Shown here: piece after piece, positions 10,803 to 20,888 of the stretch
How positions within the stretch are numbered: position 1 is the stretch's first letter
Layout: each line of letters opens with the position of its first letter
Origin: Oscillospiraceae bacterium
Lineage (GTDB): Bacteria; Bacillota; Clostridia; Oscillospirales; Acutalibacteraceae
Reading direction: 5' to 3'
DNA: 64,000 bases
Assembly: GCA_031265995.1 (NCBI GenBank)
Contig: JAISBW010000025.1
Span: forward strand, 9,264-73,263
Notes under the pieces: model-generated
What the model saw: only the letters and a program-made list of their open reading frames with translations
The model's database searches: none
Told to the model about the DNA's origin: nothing
Translations under genes and position numbers: made by a program

Positions 10803-12983
10803 ATGGAAAAAAAATCCAAAAAAAAAATTAATTTAGCATTGCGAATCCTAATTTTCTTAGTGTCTTTTTTTGTTTTTATACTTTTGGGATTAATGCTAAT
10901 GTTTAAAATTTTTGTAATGTCATTCAAAGATGATGTTATAGATCTAAATTTAACGGCGGCAAAAATGAGAATTAACAGCACGGTTTATTCTCTTTCTTCA
11001 GACGGTTCTTATAAAGAATATCAGCAAATTTTTAGTAATGAAAATCGAATTTGGGTTGATTTTGCTAAAATTCCACGATATATGAAAGATGCGATTGTTG
11101 CAATCGAAGATAAACGTTTCTATCATCACGGAGGCGTGGATCCTGTTCGTGTTTCCGGCGCAGTTTTTAATACTCTCGTAGGGAAAAAAAGCTACGGTGG
11201 TTCGAGTTTAACCCAGCAGCTTATAAAAAATGTAACTGAAGACAGCGAAATTACTTTCTCGCGCAAAATAAGAGAAATGGCACGCGCAGTAAGGCTTGAG
11301 GAACGATATTCAAAAGATGAAATTCTTGAAAGTTATCTTAATGTTGTGAATTTCGGAGCCGGCACGCGCGGAGTACAAGCGGCGTCGTCTACCTATTTTG
11401 GCAAAGATATTTGGAATTGCAGTATTGCAGAGTGCACCGCAATTGCTGCGATAACGCAAAATCCAAGTGCGCATAATCCATTTGTTAATCCAGAAAACAA
11501 TAAAAAACGCAGAAACGTAATTATTGACGAAATGTTTTTTCAAAAAAAAATAAGTAAAGCCGAATATGAAAAAGCCCTTAAAGACTCAGAAAACATAAAA
11601 CTTTCAAAACCAAATTCCAAGATTGAGTCCGCAAATAATTTTATAAGAAATTGGTATGTTGAGATGCTTTGCAAAGATATTATTCAAGACATTGCTAATA
11701 AATATAAAATTAAGAAAAGTTTGGCGGAAGATATTTTTTATTCAAGCGGACTTAAAATTTATTCATGTATAGATCCAAATGCTCAGCGTATTGCTGAAGA
11801 AACAATAAGAGATTCAAAAATAATGCCTAAAGACCCTGATTTGGAACTTGGTTTTTTAATGCTTGATTATAGCGGAAAAATACTTGCTTCTATAGGAAGT
11901 TCCAAACTCAAGACCACGAATTTTGTCTATGACAGAGCAAATACCGCTCGACGTCAGCCTGGATCTATAATTAAACCTATAGCGGTTTATGCTCCGGCTG
12001 TTGATTTGGGAATTTTTAATTATTCCTCAAAAATTCCAGATAAACCCTTGCGTATAGATGTTGACGGAAGCGGAAATTTAAAAGATTGGCCGGAAAACTG
12101 GTATAAAGGATATAAGGGCGAAGTAACTTTGCAATGGGCTTTGGAAAAGTCCGCAAATGCACCTGCCGCACAGATTCTTAAGTTATTAGGAACTAATAGA
12201 AGTTATAAGTTTCTAACCCAGAGATTAGGTCTTTCGAGCCTTGATATTAGTGATTCGAATTCACTTGCCGCGCTTGCCGCCGGGGGTACTCACGTCGGAG
12301 TTACCGTTAAAGAAATAACTTCCGCTTTTCAAATTTTTGGGTCAGGTGGCAAATTTTTTAAGCCGAAATCTTACCTATATGTTACCGATAAAGATAATAA
12401 AATTATTCTTGATAATCGTGATGGTTCCCCGAAGCAGGTTATAAGCGAAGAAAGCGCCTATATACTAAATCGATTAATGCGCCAAGTAATTGTTGGGCCG
12501 GAAGGTACGGGCAGGAAAGCAGATATTCCGGGCAAAGAAATTATAGGAAAAACCGGAACGACGACCGATGATTTTGATTCTTGGTTTATCGGCTTAAGTC
12601 CTAGTGTGATCGCTGGAATTTGGATTGGATATGATCGCCCGAAAAGAATTAAAGATACAAGCGCATCTTTGAGGATTTGGAAAAACATTATGACTGATTT
12701 TTTACTTATGTCCGTAAGTGAGAGTGAATTTTTGGTTCCTGAAAACGTTGTTTCGTTTCCATATTGCATAGAAACGGGTTTATTATCAAACTCAGAGTGT
12801 TTACATACATCCGTGGGATATTATGCGGTCAAAAGCATGCCTTCGTTTTGTTCTTTACATGGTAGCTTACCTAAAAAAGATGAAAATTTAAATGAAAATT
12901 TGAAAGAAATTAAGGATTTAGAACAGAAAAACGATCAGGAAAATAATTATGAAAATAGATCTTTACCTTTGCATCCTAGTTAA
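10803..12983 (+). CDS. Class A penicillin-binding protein (transglycosylase/transpeptidase, PBP1A type)
   Basis: N-terminal TM segment, GT51 motifs (AIVAIEDKRFYHHGGVD, RKIREM), transpeptidase SxxK (GSIIKP) and KTGTT. Confidence 0.9.
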   Translation: MEKKSKKKINLALRILIFLVSFFVFILLGLMLMFKIFVMSFKDDVIDLNLTAAKMRINSTVYSLSSDGSYKEYQQIFSNENRIWVDFAKIPRYMKDAIVAIEDKRFYHHGGVDPVRVSGAVFNTLVGKKSYGGSSLTQQLIKNVTEDSEITFSRKIREMARAVRLEERYSKDEILESYLNVVNFGAGTRGVQAASSTYFGKDIWNCSIAECTAIAAITQNPSAHNPFVNPENNKKRRNVIIDEMFFQKKISKAEYEKALKDSENIKLSKPNSKIESANNFIRNWYVEMLCKDIIQDIANKYKIKKSLAEDIFYSSGLKIYSCIDPNAQRIAEETIRDSKIMPKDPDLELGFLMLDYSGKILASIGSSKLKTTNFVYDRANTARRQPGSIIKPIAVYAPAVDLGIFNYSSKIPDKPLRIDVDGSGNLKDWPENWYKGYKGEVTLQWALEKSANAPAAQILKLLGTNRSYKFLTQRLGLSSLDISDSNSLAALAAGGTHVGVTVKEITSAFQIFGSGGKFFKPKSYLYVTDKDNKIILDNRDGSPKQVISEESAYILNRLMRQVIVGPEGTGRKADIPGKEIIGKTGTTTDDFDSWFIGLSPSVIAGIWIGYDRPKRIKDTSASLRIWKNIMTDFLLMSVSESEFLVPENVVSFPYCIETGLLSNSECLHTSVGYYAVKSMPSFCSLHGSLPKKDENLNENLKEIKDLEQKNDQENNYENRSLPLHPS

Positions 12984-13019
12984 TGTTAAATTTTAATATT
13001 TTTTAATGGAGGCCACTCA

Positions 13020-13523
13020 ATGAGCAATGAAATTTTAAATACAGTCTTGTTTTCTTCTCCGCGCACGGATGGTTTTACTGCAAACGTTCTTAAGAAATTC
13101 TTCCCTAGATTAGATGATTTTAATTTTATAAATTGTTTTAATATGAAGATAAGTCCTTGTATCGATTGTAGATTTTGCAAAGAACACAAAAAGTGTGCTT
13201 TTGATGATGACATGAGCAAAATTTATCAGCTACTCGAGAATTCAAAATTTTTAATTGTAGCTTCTCCTATTTATTGTCTATCCTTCCCAGTGCCTTTAAA
13301 AGCCATTTTAGAAAGAACACAGGTATATTATTATCATAAAAACACAAAAGAATATAAAAAATTTGCGTTTTTAATTACATCCAGCGGTTCTTCTGATGAA
13401 TTAGGAGCATTTGTTGCCGAAAATCAAATTAGATCACTATGTGGCGTTACTGGTTTTGAATTCATGGGTTCTATGTCTTTTTTCGGAACAGATTCAAAAA
13501 CTATTGTCAGCGGAAGCGATTAA
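13020..13523 (+). CDS. Flavodoxin-like NADPH-dependent FMN reductase / iron-sulfur flavoprotein family
   Basis: SSPRTDGFT, a Cys cluster CIDCRFCKEHKKC, and DDMSKIYQLLENSKFLIVASPIY match this family's pattern. Confidence 0.6.
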   Translation: MSNEILNTVLFSSPRTDGFTANVLKKFFPRLDDFNFINCFNMKISPCIDCRFCKEHKKCAFDDDMSKIYQLLENSKFLIVASPIYCLSFPVPLKAILERTQVYYYHKNTKEYKKFAFLITSSGSSDELGAFVAENQIRSLCGVTGFEFMGSMSFFGTDSKTIVSGSD

Positions 13524-13549
13524 GCACTTATATATTAGATTAAATTTAA

Positions 13550-13665
13550 AAACCTGTTTCCACGGATTTGAAATATCAATTTTAAAGAAAATTTTGAATA
13601 ATTTTTATTAATAACCCATTATCACAAATTTGAAAATGGCATTTTAGGTCTGTAAGAACGGGTTC
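13550..13665. mobile_element. Family-C MITE, near-complete copy
   Basis: The left arm aaacctgtttccacggatttgaaat... and right arm ...aaaatggcattttaggtctgtaagaacgggttc are inverted. TAA direct repeats flank it at 13547-13549 and 13666-13668. A further solo end (acgggttc) lies at about 13679-13686. Confidence 0.7.
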
Positions 13666-13777
13666 TAAATTTAAAGTTACGGGTTCTTATTTTTATAATT
13701 CCTAATGTTGTATAATCTTCAAATATAAATATTTTATAAAAATTGGTAAACTGCCTTAAATAAGGAGGCGTAAATAT

Positions 13778-16525
13778 TTGGAAGAACTTAATAATGAAAC
13801 AGAAGAAATTATAAAATCTTTTCTTGTACCTTTTCTAAAAAAGATTAAAAAAAACGGAATAAAATTGAGTGTTGAAAAAATTCTGCCAGGTTTTAATGTA
13901 AATAATTTTTTGATTGAAAAAGTGAGACGTGCATTAAAATTTAAAAAAAAATTAAATTTAGGAAGGCTCGGTTATGTAAATATTTATTATTCGGGGGAAA
14001 TTATCCTTGAACCCGTTGGTTTGGCTTGCTTAGCCGTTAAAAATATTGCTGTGACAGATGAAAAAATTTTAGCAGTTTTTGACGATATTTTAAATCAAAT
14101 AGAATTTAACTTTTTATATGATGAAACGTATTTGTCTAATAAAATCAATAAAGTATTATCTAATCTTAATAAGACGGAGTTTTATTCCTTTGGAACGTCG
14201 GAAGAAAGAACGCTTTATGATTTTTTTGTATTTATTTTAATTAGATATTATAAACATACAAACAAAGAGTCGCCTAATTGGTTTAAAAATATAGTTAAAA
14301 ACATAAGCAGAAAAGAATTTGCGCGCGATTGTCTCAATTTTTTTTCTGAAAATTCATTCAAAGCTTTTGAGAAAATCAGCGAAAATATTTATTTTGATTA
14401 CAAAGTAGCGTTTGATTCTTGGATTTTAAGATTTTTTCTTAATAAAAAAACTAATCGGGGACAAATTTCCAAATTATTAAATCTTTTTAAATTAGATTTG
14501 CGTGCGAATGTAGAAAAATTTATTAAAAAATATACGGGAGAAAGTTTTCTTAACGGATTAGGCGAAATGCTACTTGCCATGGTTGACGCACTGATATGCG
14601 GAGTTTCAGATGATTGTTTGAATATTCCTAAAAATTACTTTAATTTTACAATGACATTCGGAGAAAATGAATTTTCGCGACGTTTTAGATGGTTTGGTAT
14701 AAAAGATCATGAGGAATTTGTTGAAATTTCCGAAAATAAAAATTTTAATGACTGTATTATTGTCCGTGCTGAAAAAGAACCGGTGATTTTAGCTCGGCCT
14801 ACAATTTTAAATTTTGGAACCGTAGCAAAATATAAGATTGAACATAAATTTAAATACTCGGCGGCAATCAAAAATTTAAAAGAGGATACTAATTATTATT
14901 TTAAAATAAAAAGAGCTGGTAAAAATTATTTAAACAATTTTAAAACTTGCAAAAAAAATAATTTTTTTGATTTCTTAATTTTTTCAGATTCTCAAGGAAT
15001 GCTTGAAAGTGATTACAAATTATTTAAAACAGTTCTTGAAAAAAGCTTTGAAACGTTTCCTGATGCAGAGTTTTTGGTTCATCTTGGTGATTTTGTAGAC
15101 GATGGTAATAATGAAAATTATTGGGATTTCATTTTAGATTCTAAAATTTGGGGTTCTTCCGCAGTTTTACCTATGGCCGGCAATCATGAAACAAAATTTA
15201 ATCCTCCATTAAAATTTGCAGGAGTTAAAAACTCCATACTTACGCATTTTAATCTTGATTTTAAAAATAATGAAAATATAATTTATTATTATTTTGAATA
15301 TAAAAATGCACTTTTTTTAGTTTTAGATACGAACAATCCGGATGGGCTCGGAAAAAGCCAGATAATGTGGGCACGCCAGATCTTAAAAAGATCAAAAATG
15401 AAGTGGAAAATAATCTTGACCCATAAAAATGCGTATTCAAACGGTCCGCATTGTTTGGATCATGATATGCGCACATCTGCTTCAGAAATCGCTGAACTTG
15501 CTGCGATCGGGGGCGTTTGTTTAATTGTAGGAGGCCATGAGCATGTTTATTCGCGATCAGCCCCAATGTGTATGGGCAAACCTACAAACGAAGAAAAAAA
15601 AATTGAAAACAAGCTTGAAATTTTTGAAAATCCAGACGGAGCTATTTTTGTGACCATGGGGACTTCCGGTGTAAAAAATTACAAAATTGCTAAAAAACCT
15701 CTTCATAAAAATGATGTTGTTATCGATCTTAATGTTCCAATGTTTGCAAGAATTGAAATTGAAGAAAATTATCTAAAATTTACTGCTTTTAAGTATGAAT
15801 CTGACAATTTTAAAACCATTGATGAATTTTGGATTAAAAAAAATGAAGAAATTGAATTTAATTCAAATTCGGTTATTAAAAAAATAGAAAATCTTCCTGA
15901 TTATCCTTTTGTTTCGTTTAGCACAAAAATTAATCAAATTATAGACATTTATAAAAAACTTTCTACAAATGAAAAATTAAAAGTGAATAATTTATCAAGA
16001 TTTAATAGAATTTGCGGAAACGATTTTTCCTTAAATGAAATATTAAGTAGTGATATCGCCATAGTTTGTTCATTTTCTGAGTTTATGAGTGCTATATCAA
16101 ACAACTCCATTAGGATTATTATTATAAATTGCCAAGAAATTAAATTTGGGAATAGTTTCGGGTTCAAAAGAAAAATTAAAATAGAACGTAATTTAATGAT
16201 CCGAGGAAATGCAAAATTAAGTTTTGTGAGTTTTTTGGTAAAAAAAAATACAATTCTAATTATTAATGGCACAATAAGAGTAGATAATAACCGAAACATT
16301 TTTTCTATTTTTCCGGCAATACATACTTTTGAGATGCATCAAAATTCAGTTCTGGTTTTAAGCGGAAATACAAATTTTGAAAATAATTTTGGCATTGGAA
16401 AAAAATCGTGCATAAAAGTTATAGGTAATAATGTTTATGTTTATTTAAAAGGAAATAATTTTATAAAAATTCCTAAAAAATTCACGACAGGAAAGCAAGC
16501 GAATGTAATTTTAGATATTGTTTAA
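13778..16525 (+). CDS. Large calcineurin-like metallophosphoesterase
   Basis: 915 aa. The central domain carries GDFVDDG, GNHE and GGHEH metallophosphatase motifs. There is an AAGGAGG SD before the TTG start. The flanking domains are uncharacterised. Confidence 0.7.
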   Translation: MEELNNETEEIIKSFLVPFLKKIKKNGIKLSVEKILPGFNVNNFLIEKVRRALKFKKKLNLGRLGYVNIYYSGEIILEPVGLACLAVKNIAVTDEKILAVFDDILNQIEFNFLYDETYLSNKINKVLSNLNKTEFYSFGTSEERTLYDFFVFILIRYYKHTNKESPNWFKNIVKNISRKEFARDCLNFFSENSFKAFEKISENIYFDYKVAFDSWILRFFLNKKTNRGQISKLLNLFKLDLRANVEKFIKKYTGESFLNGLGEMLLAMVDALICGVSDDCLNIPKNYFNFTMTFGENEFSRRFRWFGIKDHEEFVEISENKNFNDCIIVRAEKEPVILARPTILNFGTVAKYKIEHKFKYSAAIKNLKEDTNYYFKIKRAGKNYLNNFKTCKKNNFFDFLIFSDSQGMLESDYKLFKTVLEKSFETFPDAEFLVHLGDFVDDGNNENYWDFILDSKIWGSSAVLPMAGNHETKFNPPLKFAGVKNSILTHFNLDFKNNENIIYYYFEYKNALFLVLDTNNPDGLGKSQIMWARQILKRSKMKWKIILTHKNAYSNGPHCLDHDMRTSASEIAELAAIGGVCLIVGGHEHVYSRSAPMCMGKPTNEEKKIENKLEIFENPDGAIFVTMGTSGVKNYKIAKKPLHKNDVVIDLNVPMFARIEIEENYLKFTAFKYESDNFKTIDEFWIKKNEEIEFNSNSVIKKIENLPDYPFVSFSTKINQIIDIYKKLSTNEKLKVNNLSRFNRICGNDFSLNEILSSDIAIVCSFSEFMSAISNNSIRIIIINCQEIKFGNSFGFKRKIKIERNLMIRGNAKLSFVSFLVKKNTILIINGTIRVDNNRNIFSIFPAIHTFEMHQNSVLVLSGNTNFENNFGIGKKSCIKVIGNNVYVYLKGNNFIKIPKKFTTGKQANVILDIV

Positions 16526-16573
16526 AAATTTTGTTTTTAATAGATTTTTTAATAGCGGAGAGCATAAAATCTA

Positions 16574-16612
16574 GAACCTGCTCTAATAAACCATGAAACG
16601 CTATTTTCAAAT
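16574..16612. repeat. Family-C MITE terminal fragment
   Basis: gaacctgctctaataaaccatgaaacgctattttc is the reverse complement of the gcgtttcata(g/a)tctg(c/t)(g/a)agaac ends at 19112-19135 and 45791-45815. Confidence 0.55.
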
Positions 16613-16770
16613 AAACTTTACTGCCCCTACATATATAGGAATAAATTGTCTGCAGATTTCATCTTAGGATTTTTCTAATTCGATTTTGTTGTCATTATTG
16701 TAAATCTTCACTTTAATAAATTGTTTTTTACAAAGATTATATTTAAATCTATAAAAATGCAAATATGGCA

Positions 16771-16800
16771 TTGACAATCATAAAAACGTGGTGTTAGAAT
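16771..16800 (+). promoter_or_regulatory. Candidate sigma-A promoter with extended -10
   Basis: TTGACA (16771-16776), an 18-nt spacer, then TGtTAGAAT ending at 16800. It lies about 85 nt upstream of the ATG at 16886. Confidence 0.4.
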
Positions 16801-16885
16801 CCAGCCGAAAATTGTTAGATTTTAAGAGATTATGGCGATATGGAGCCAGTCTGATCTATCAAAATTTGTCTGTGGAGGGGCGTTT

Positions 16886-17926
16886 ATGGCTAATAAAGTT
16901 GGGTTTTGGTCTCTACTCGTGGTGATGATAATGGCAGGCGTGTCCGTTTGTTTTGCGGTGATAGTAGAAATAAAAGATGTCCAAGGTGGGGTTGTTTTTG
17001 TTTATAACACCGAAACTCGAACGATTACAGATGTGAGGACTGGAACCGTTTACTTGTTAAGAGAACAACATGAAGAAACTCTTGAGTTACTTACCTTCGG
17101 TGGCAAGTGTGTTGTATTTAGCGACAAGATTTTTCAGGAAGGTTCCAGCAGTGCGGTATGCGAGTTGGAGGGAAGTGAAATAGAACCGGTGGAAGGATGC
17201 TTGGGTTGTTTTTTGTTTGCTGTTATGGGCACTCAAAAAGAGGTCACATTTCGTGTGTTCACAACAAGGCCGAGGTGTGAATCTCCGGGCAGTATGGCAG
17301 GGGCAAATACGTTGAATATTCCGTCGTTTGCTATAGGCGGGAATTTTGTATGCAAACCGGGGATGGATGAATTTAGAGAAATAGACCGGGGGATTGTTGC
17401 CGAAAGCTCTGCTACTCATGATGCTCGCTTTAAATTACGCGATGGTAGGATTTTTTGCCGCCAGTCGATTAATAGAGCTAGTTGGTTACGCTCTGGTCCG
17501 ACTTTAAGAACTACTCAGCCAAGTAATCTTCGTCAAGGTGATTTTCAAATGGAAATGATTTTGCAATATCAGCCCGGCGCTCCGATTCCTACCCTGGTTA
17601 AGCTGTTTGCGGCACAGTGTTTTGTAGGTCTTAGGGACCAGATGGACGGAATAAACGATATGTCTATCTATAGATGTGGGCTGCAGCAGCAATATAATAC
17701 AGCAACGGATTCAGGGCGTTCGTTTGCTGTCGAAAGAGGGATCATTGAAAGATACAACAGAGAAATAGATAGCGGTCGAAGAAGACCTGGAAATTACCGA
17801 GATGAAATAACCCAAGAGTTAGAAAGATTGGCAGAGGAGCAAGGTTTTCGACCTGTGCCGCCAGAAGAAAGGATCGGTGTAGTGGAATATGTAGAAGGAT
17901 TGGAACAGCAACAACCGCAAGTATAG
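16886..17926 (+). CDS. Hypothetical membrane-anchored protein in a G+C-elevated island
   Basis: The track ORF starts at 16832, but the ATG at 16886 has a GGAGGGG SD 5-6 nt upstream and begins MANKVGFWSLLVVMIMAGVSVCFA (TM/signal). No family motif recognised. G+C is clearly above the flanks. Confidence 0.55.
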   Translation: MANKVGFWSLLVVMIMAGVSVCFAVIVEIKDVQGGVVFVYNTETRTITDVRTGTVYLLREQHEETLELLTFGGKCVVFSDKIFQEGSSSAVCELEGSEIEPVEGCLGCFLFAVMGTQKEVTFRVFTTRPRCESPGSMAGANTLNIPSFAIGGNFVCKPGMDEFREIDRGIVAESSATHDARFKLRDGRIFCRQSINRASWLRSGPTLRTTQPSNLRQGDFQMEMILQYQPGAPIPTLVKLFAAQCFVGLRDQMDGINDMSIYRCGLQQQYNTATDSGRSFAVERGIIERYNREIDSGRRRPGNYRDEITQELERLAEEQGFRPVPPEERIGVVEYVEGLEQQQPQV

Positions 17927-18084
17927 GAAATTTGAAATGTTGGTTTTTTAAAAATCCAGAATTAGAAGAAATTCAAAAGAAAAAATCCGAAAGTGCAAGC
18001 AATAAAAAAGAATCCGCTAGTTGGGTTCTTCTTTATTTTAATTTTAAATTATTTTAAAGTTAACCTTTTTAACTACTATTGCAG

Positions 18085-18843
18085 TCATCTAACAGCCTTC
18101 AAAAACATTGGAATCACCGCTTCAATGTCTGTTGCATCAGCGATTTTTGCAGCAGTTGTGACTTTTTTTTCAGTACTTGAATATGCCTCAATCCCAGCCC
18201 ATACAAGTGGAAAAATGTCAGGACCTGGAGATTTTTCAATACCATCACTTTTGCCCAAAGATTGATGTCTTATGGTCACTCCTACTTTTGCTTTAAGCGG
18301 TTCTCCATAAGGGGAGAAGCAAGAATATTCACAATCCACACTAGTAATAGACCCGAAAAATTCAATATCACCCCACCTAAATAAAGCAAAATAATCTTGT
18401 GTATTTGAATATTGAAATAGTTTTTCAATGATTACAAAATTTTCATTAGCCAAAGACAAAGAAAAATCTAAAGGCGTTCTAGAAAACGCAAAAGGTGCTG
18501 CTCCATTTCTTGTGCGGGCATTATACTCATCGTATATATCAAATTCCAAGTCTAAAGTTAACTCTTCTTCTTTATTTTTCCCTCCGCCTACAAGTGCATA
18601 AGAAACAGATTTTGGATCAACAGGAGGCAATGGTAGGTCTATTGCTTTTTGTTCTGCTCGATTGCGTTTTAATTTTTGAGGATTTACCTGTACTGGCAAT
18701 GCTTCTTCTGCATCGTAATCATAAGGATGAATAGGACTAATACCTGGTCTAGCCCTAACAATAAATATAACAGCTTTAACCACTGAAGAGAAATCATACA
18801 TAACGCTGGTGCGGTATTTTGTCAAAACTGATGTTCCGAACAT
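18085..18843 (-). CDS. Hypothetical protein with a possible contractile-injection-system tube-like domain
   Basis: 252-aa ORF with a GAGGG SD. TLDLEFDIYDEY ... FALFRWGDIEFFGSITSVDCEYSCFSPYGEPLKAKVGVTI resembles the L.L.FDtY ... F.WG...F.G.I.S....y.lF.pdG.P.rA.V pattern of CIS tube / Afp5-like proteins. The pattern is recalled from memory, not searched. Confidence 0.45.
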   Translation of the reverse strand: MFGTSVLTKYRTSVMYDFSSVVKAVIFIVRARPGISPIHPYDYDAEEALPVQVNPQKLKRNRAEQKAIDLPLPPVDPKSVSYALVGGGKNKEEELTLDLEFDIYDEYNARTRNGAAPFAFSRTPLDFSLSLANENFVIIEKLFQYSNTQDYFALFRWGDIEFFGSITSVDCEYSCFSPYGEPLKAKVGVTIRHQSLGKSDGIEKSPGPDIFPLVWAGIEAYSSTEKKVTTAAKIADATDIEAVIPMFLKAVR

Positions 18844-18879
18844 AAAACCCTCTTTATTTAATTAAATTTTAAGAAAAAC

Positions 18880-19065
18880 ACTAGTGTATTTAACTAACGA
18901 GCAATGCAAAATTTTAAAATTTTAACTAAAATATGTGCTATTTCAGAGATATTAGATAGGCTCTTATATTGTTTGCAGAATTTGTACTGATTATTCGTAA
19001 TTATCAACAATTGCGCTTTTTAGTATCTTGCGATAAAATCTGGTTAGAGATATTAGACAGGTTCT
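18880..19065. repeat. Family-B MITE fragments (a partial copy plus an extra solo terminus)
   Basis: ctagtgtatttaactaacgagcaatgcaaaattttaaaattttaactaaaatatgtgctatttcagagatattagataggctc is followed by a second terminus, ataaaatctggttagagatattagacaggttc. Confidence 0.7.
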
Positions 19066-19147
19066 AACGTCAAGCAGGGGATTTTAAAAAAATTATCAAA
19101 ATTTATTTAAAAATTGCGTTTCATAGTCTGCGAGAACAAGTCCTGGA

Positions 19148-19223
19148 TGGGCTGTAGCCAAGCGGTAAGGCAACGGGCTCTGACCCCGTGATTTCATCGG
19201 TTCAAATCCGATCAGCCCAGCCA
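19148..19223 (+). tRNA. tRNA-Gln (anticodon CTG)
   Basis: Acceptor TGGGCTG pairs with CAGCCCA, followed by discriminator G and encoded CCA. The D arm GCCAAGCGGTAAGGC is identical to the bacterial tRNA-Gln pattern. Anticodon stem ACGGG/CCCGT with loop CT-CTG-AC. T arm ATCGG-TTCAAAT-CCGAT. Confidence 0.9.
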
Positions 19224-19283
19224 TTTTCAGAATTTCACTATAATTGGCTATTTTTTAGTACACATCATTTAAAAGCGTAGTAA

Positions 19284-19431
19284 GAACCTGTATTCAAGAG
19301 AATCAAAATACCTAATTTTCAATATTTTTTTTAAAATGCTCAGAATACATAAAGTATTCATTGTGCTTTTTTCCTCATTTTGAAGAAAAATTCTTCGAAA
19401 ATTTGGAATTTACCCTTTTAAATACAGGTTC
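19284..19431. mobile_element. Family-A MITE (internal deletion variant)
   Basis: GAACCTGTATTCAAGAG ... CCTTTTAAATACAGGTTC, flanked by TAA at 19281-19283 and 19432-19434. Confidence 0.85.
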
Positions 19432-19490
19432 TAAGAGCATTCTTGTTTTTATAATTGTGAATTGTTGATTTAGTTTTGTGAGGGATCTGT

Positions 19491-20708
19491 TTACGGTTCG
19501 ATAATTTTAATTTCAGAATTATCTAAAGTATCTTTTATTAATTCTTCTATATTTTTGATCTTACTTTCTGCAATTTTGACAAATTTTAATTTAGGATTCA
19601 CTTTTGGATATTTAGGACTAAAGATCGAACAGCAATCATCAAAGGGCTCTATCGAAATTTCGAAAGTTCCTATGTTTTTAGCAATTTCAATTATTTCGCT
19701 TTTATCCATTCCTATAAGAGGGCGAAAAATTGGAATACCAATTTCATCAGATGTGCAAACCATTGCCGGCAAAGTTTGGCTGGCAACTTGACCGAGGCTC
19801 TCGCCAGTTATTAAGCATGAACATCCTCCTTTTGAAGCGATTTCAGACGCGATCTTTCCCATTATTCTTCGGGAAATAATAGTAAAAAGTTCTTCCGGAC
19901 AATTCATTTTTATATTTTTTTGCAATTGAGTTAAGCTCACTGTGTAGAGTCTTACAGATCCGCAAAAATGTGATAACTTTTCTAAAATGCGCTGCACTTT
20001 TTCAATCGATTTTAGACTTGTGTAAGGCGGAGTAGAAAAATGAACTGCTGTTAAAGAAAGACCACGTTTAGCCATCATAAACGAGGCTACAGGGCTATCG
20101 ATGCCCCCGGACATCAAAACCAAACCTTTGCCGCTTGTACCTTTTGGCAATCCGCCAGCGCCTTTATATGAGCGCAAAACAACATATGCATAATCATTGT
20201 GTATTTCTGTAAAAACAACAATATCCGGATTATGAACATCCACAGAAATATTTGTTTTTTCAAGAACAAACTCACCGACTTGATTGCAAATTTCCGGTGA
20301 TTTTAAGCTAAAATTTTTGTCAATTCGTTTTGTTTCTATTTTAAAACTTTTCGCCTTGGATTCGCTTACAACATACAAGGCCGCTTCGCAAATGTTTTTA
20401 ATATTTTTCTCTACTTTTAGCGATAAAGAAAAAGAAGAAATACCGAAAATTTTTTTAATTTTTGGAATTAAATCTTCCAAATTATCGCCAGAAACAAAAA
20501 AAACCGAACCTACACGTTTTACACAAAAATTATTATTCAAAAACCCATTTGTTTGATTATCTTGATTTAACACTTTTTTTATCGATTTAAATAACGCAGA
20601 CTCAAAAATGCTTCTATTTTTTCCTTTAAGATAAATTTCACCAATTTTTAATAATATCTCTTTCTGAAACACAGATCCAATCTTAACTAAAATGCGTAAA
20701 AAAATCAA
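19491..20708 (-). CDS. thiI: tRNA 4-thiouridine synthase ThiI
   Basis: THUMP-like N-terminal half and the PP-loop LMSGGIDSPVA. Length and order are typical of ThiI without a rhodanese domain. The exact start is uncertain. Confidence 0.85.
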   Translation of the reverse strand: MIFLRILVKIGSVFQKEILLKIGEIYLKGKNRSIFESALFKSIKKVLNQDNQTNGFLNNNFCVKRVGSVFFVSGDNLEDLIPKIKKIFGISSFSLSLKVEKNIKNICEAALYVVSESKAKSFKIETKRIDKNFSLKSPEICNQVGEFVLEKTNISVDVHNPDIVVFTEIHNDYAYVVLRSYKGAGGLPKGTSGKGLVLMSGGIDSPVASFMMAKRGLSLTAVHFSTPPYTSLKSIEKVQRILEKLSHFCGSVRLYTVSLTQLQKNIKMNCPEELFTIISRRIMGKIASEIASKGGCSCLITGESLGQVASQTLPAMVCTSDEIGIPIFRPLIGMDKSEIIEIAKNIGTFEISIEPFDDCCSIFSPKYPKVNPKLKFVKIAESKIKNIEELIKDTLDNSEIKIIEP

Positions 20709-20819
20709 TCGATTTTTTAAAATTTATATTAATAAATTCTAAGAACCCACTCTCATAGACCTGTAATGTCAGTTTAAAAACAGACTCTTAGTTCGGAACT
20801 TTATATTTAATTTAAAATT

Positions 20820-20848
20820 TTGACAATTCAAATTAAATTTGATATAAT
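20820..20848 (+). promoter_or_regulatory. Consensus sigma-A promoter
   Basis: TTGACA (20820-20825), a 17-nt spacer, then TATAAT (20843-20848). It is 40 nt upstream of the ATG at 20889, which has a GAGGA SD. Confidence 0.55.
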
Positions 20849-20888
20849 CGAAATGATTTAATTTTGAATTAGTTCCGAGGAACAAATT

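Noticed and set aside
17993-18265. Small track ORFs such as 17993..18265, 21746..21973, 23733..24098, 24598..24780, 44320..44535 and 46859..47041, plus the many ORFs antisense to large genes.
   Set aside because: They overlap better-supported genes on the other strand or lie in repeat/intergenic DNA. They lack SD sequences, have low-complexity translations, and several are repeat-encoded.
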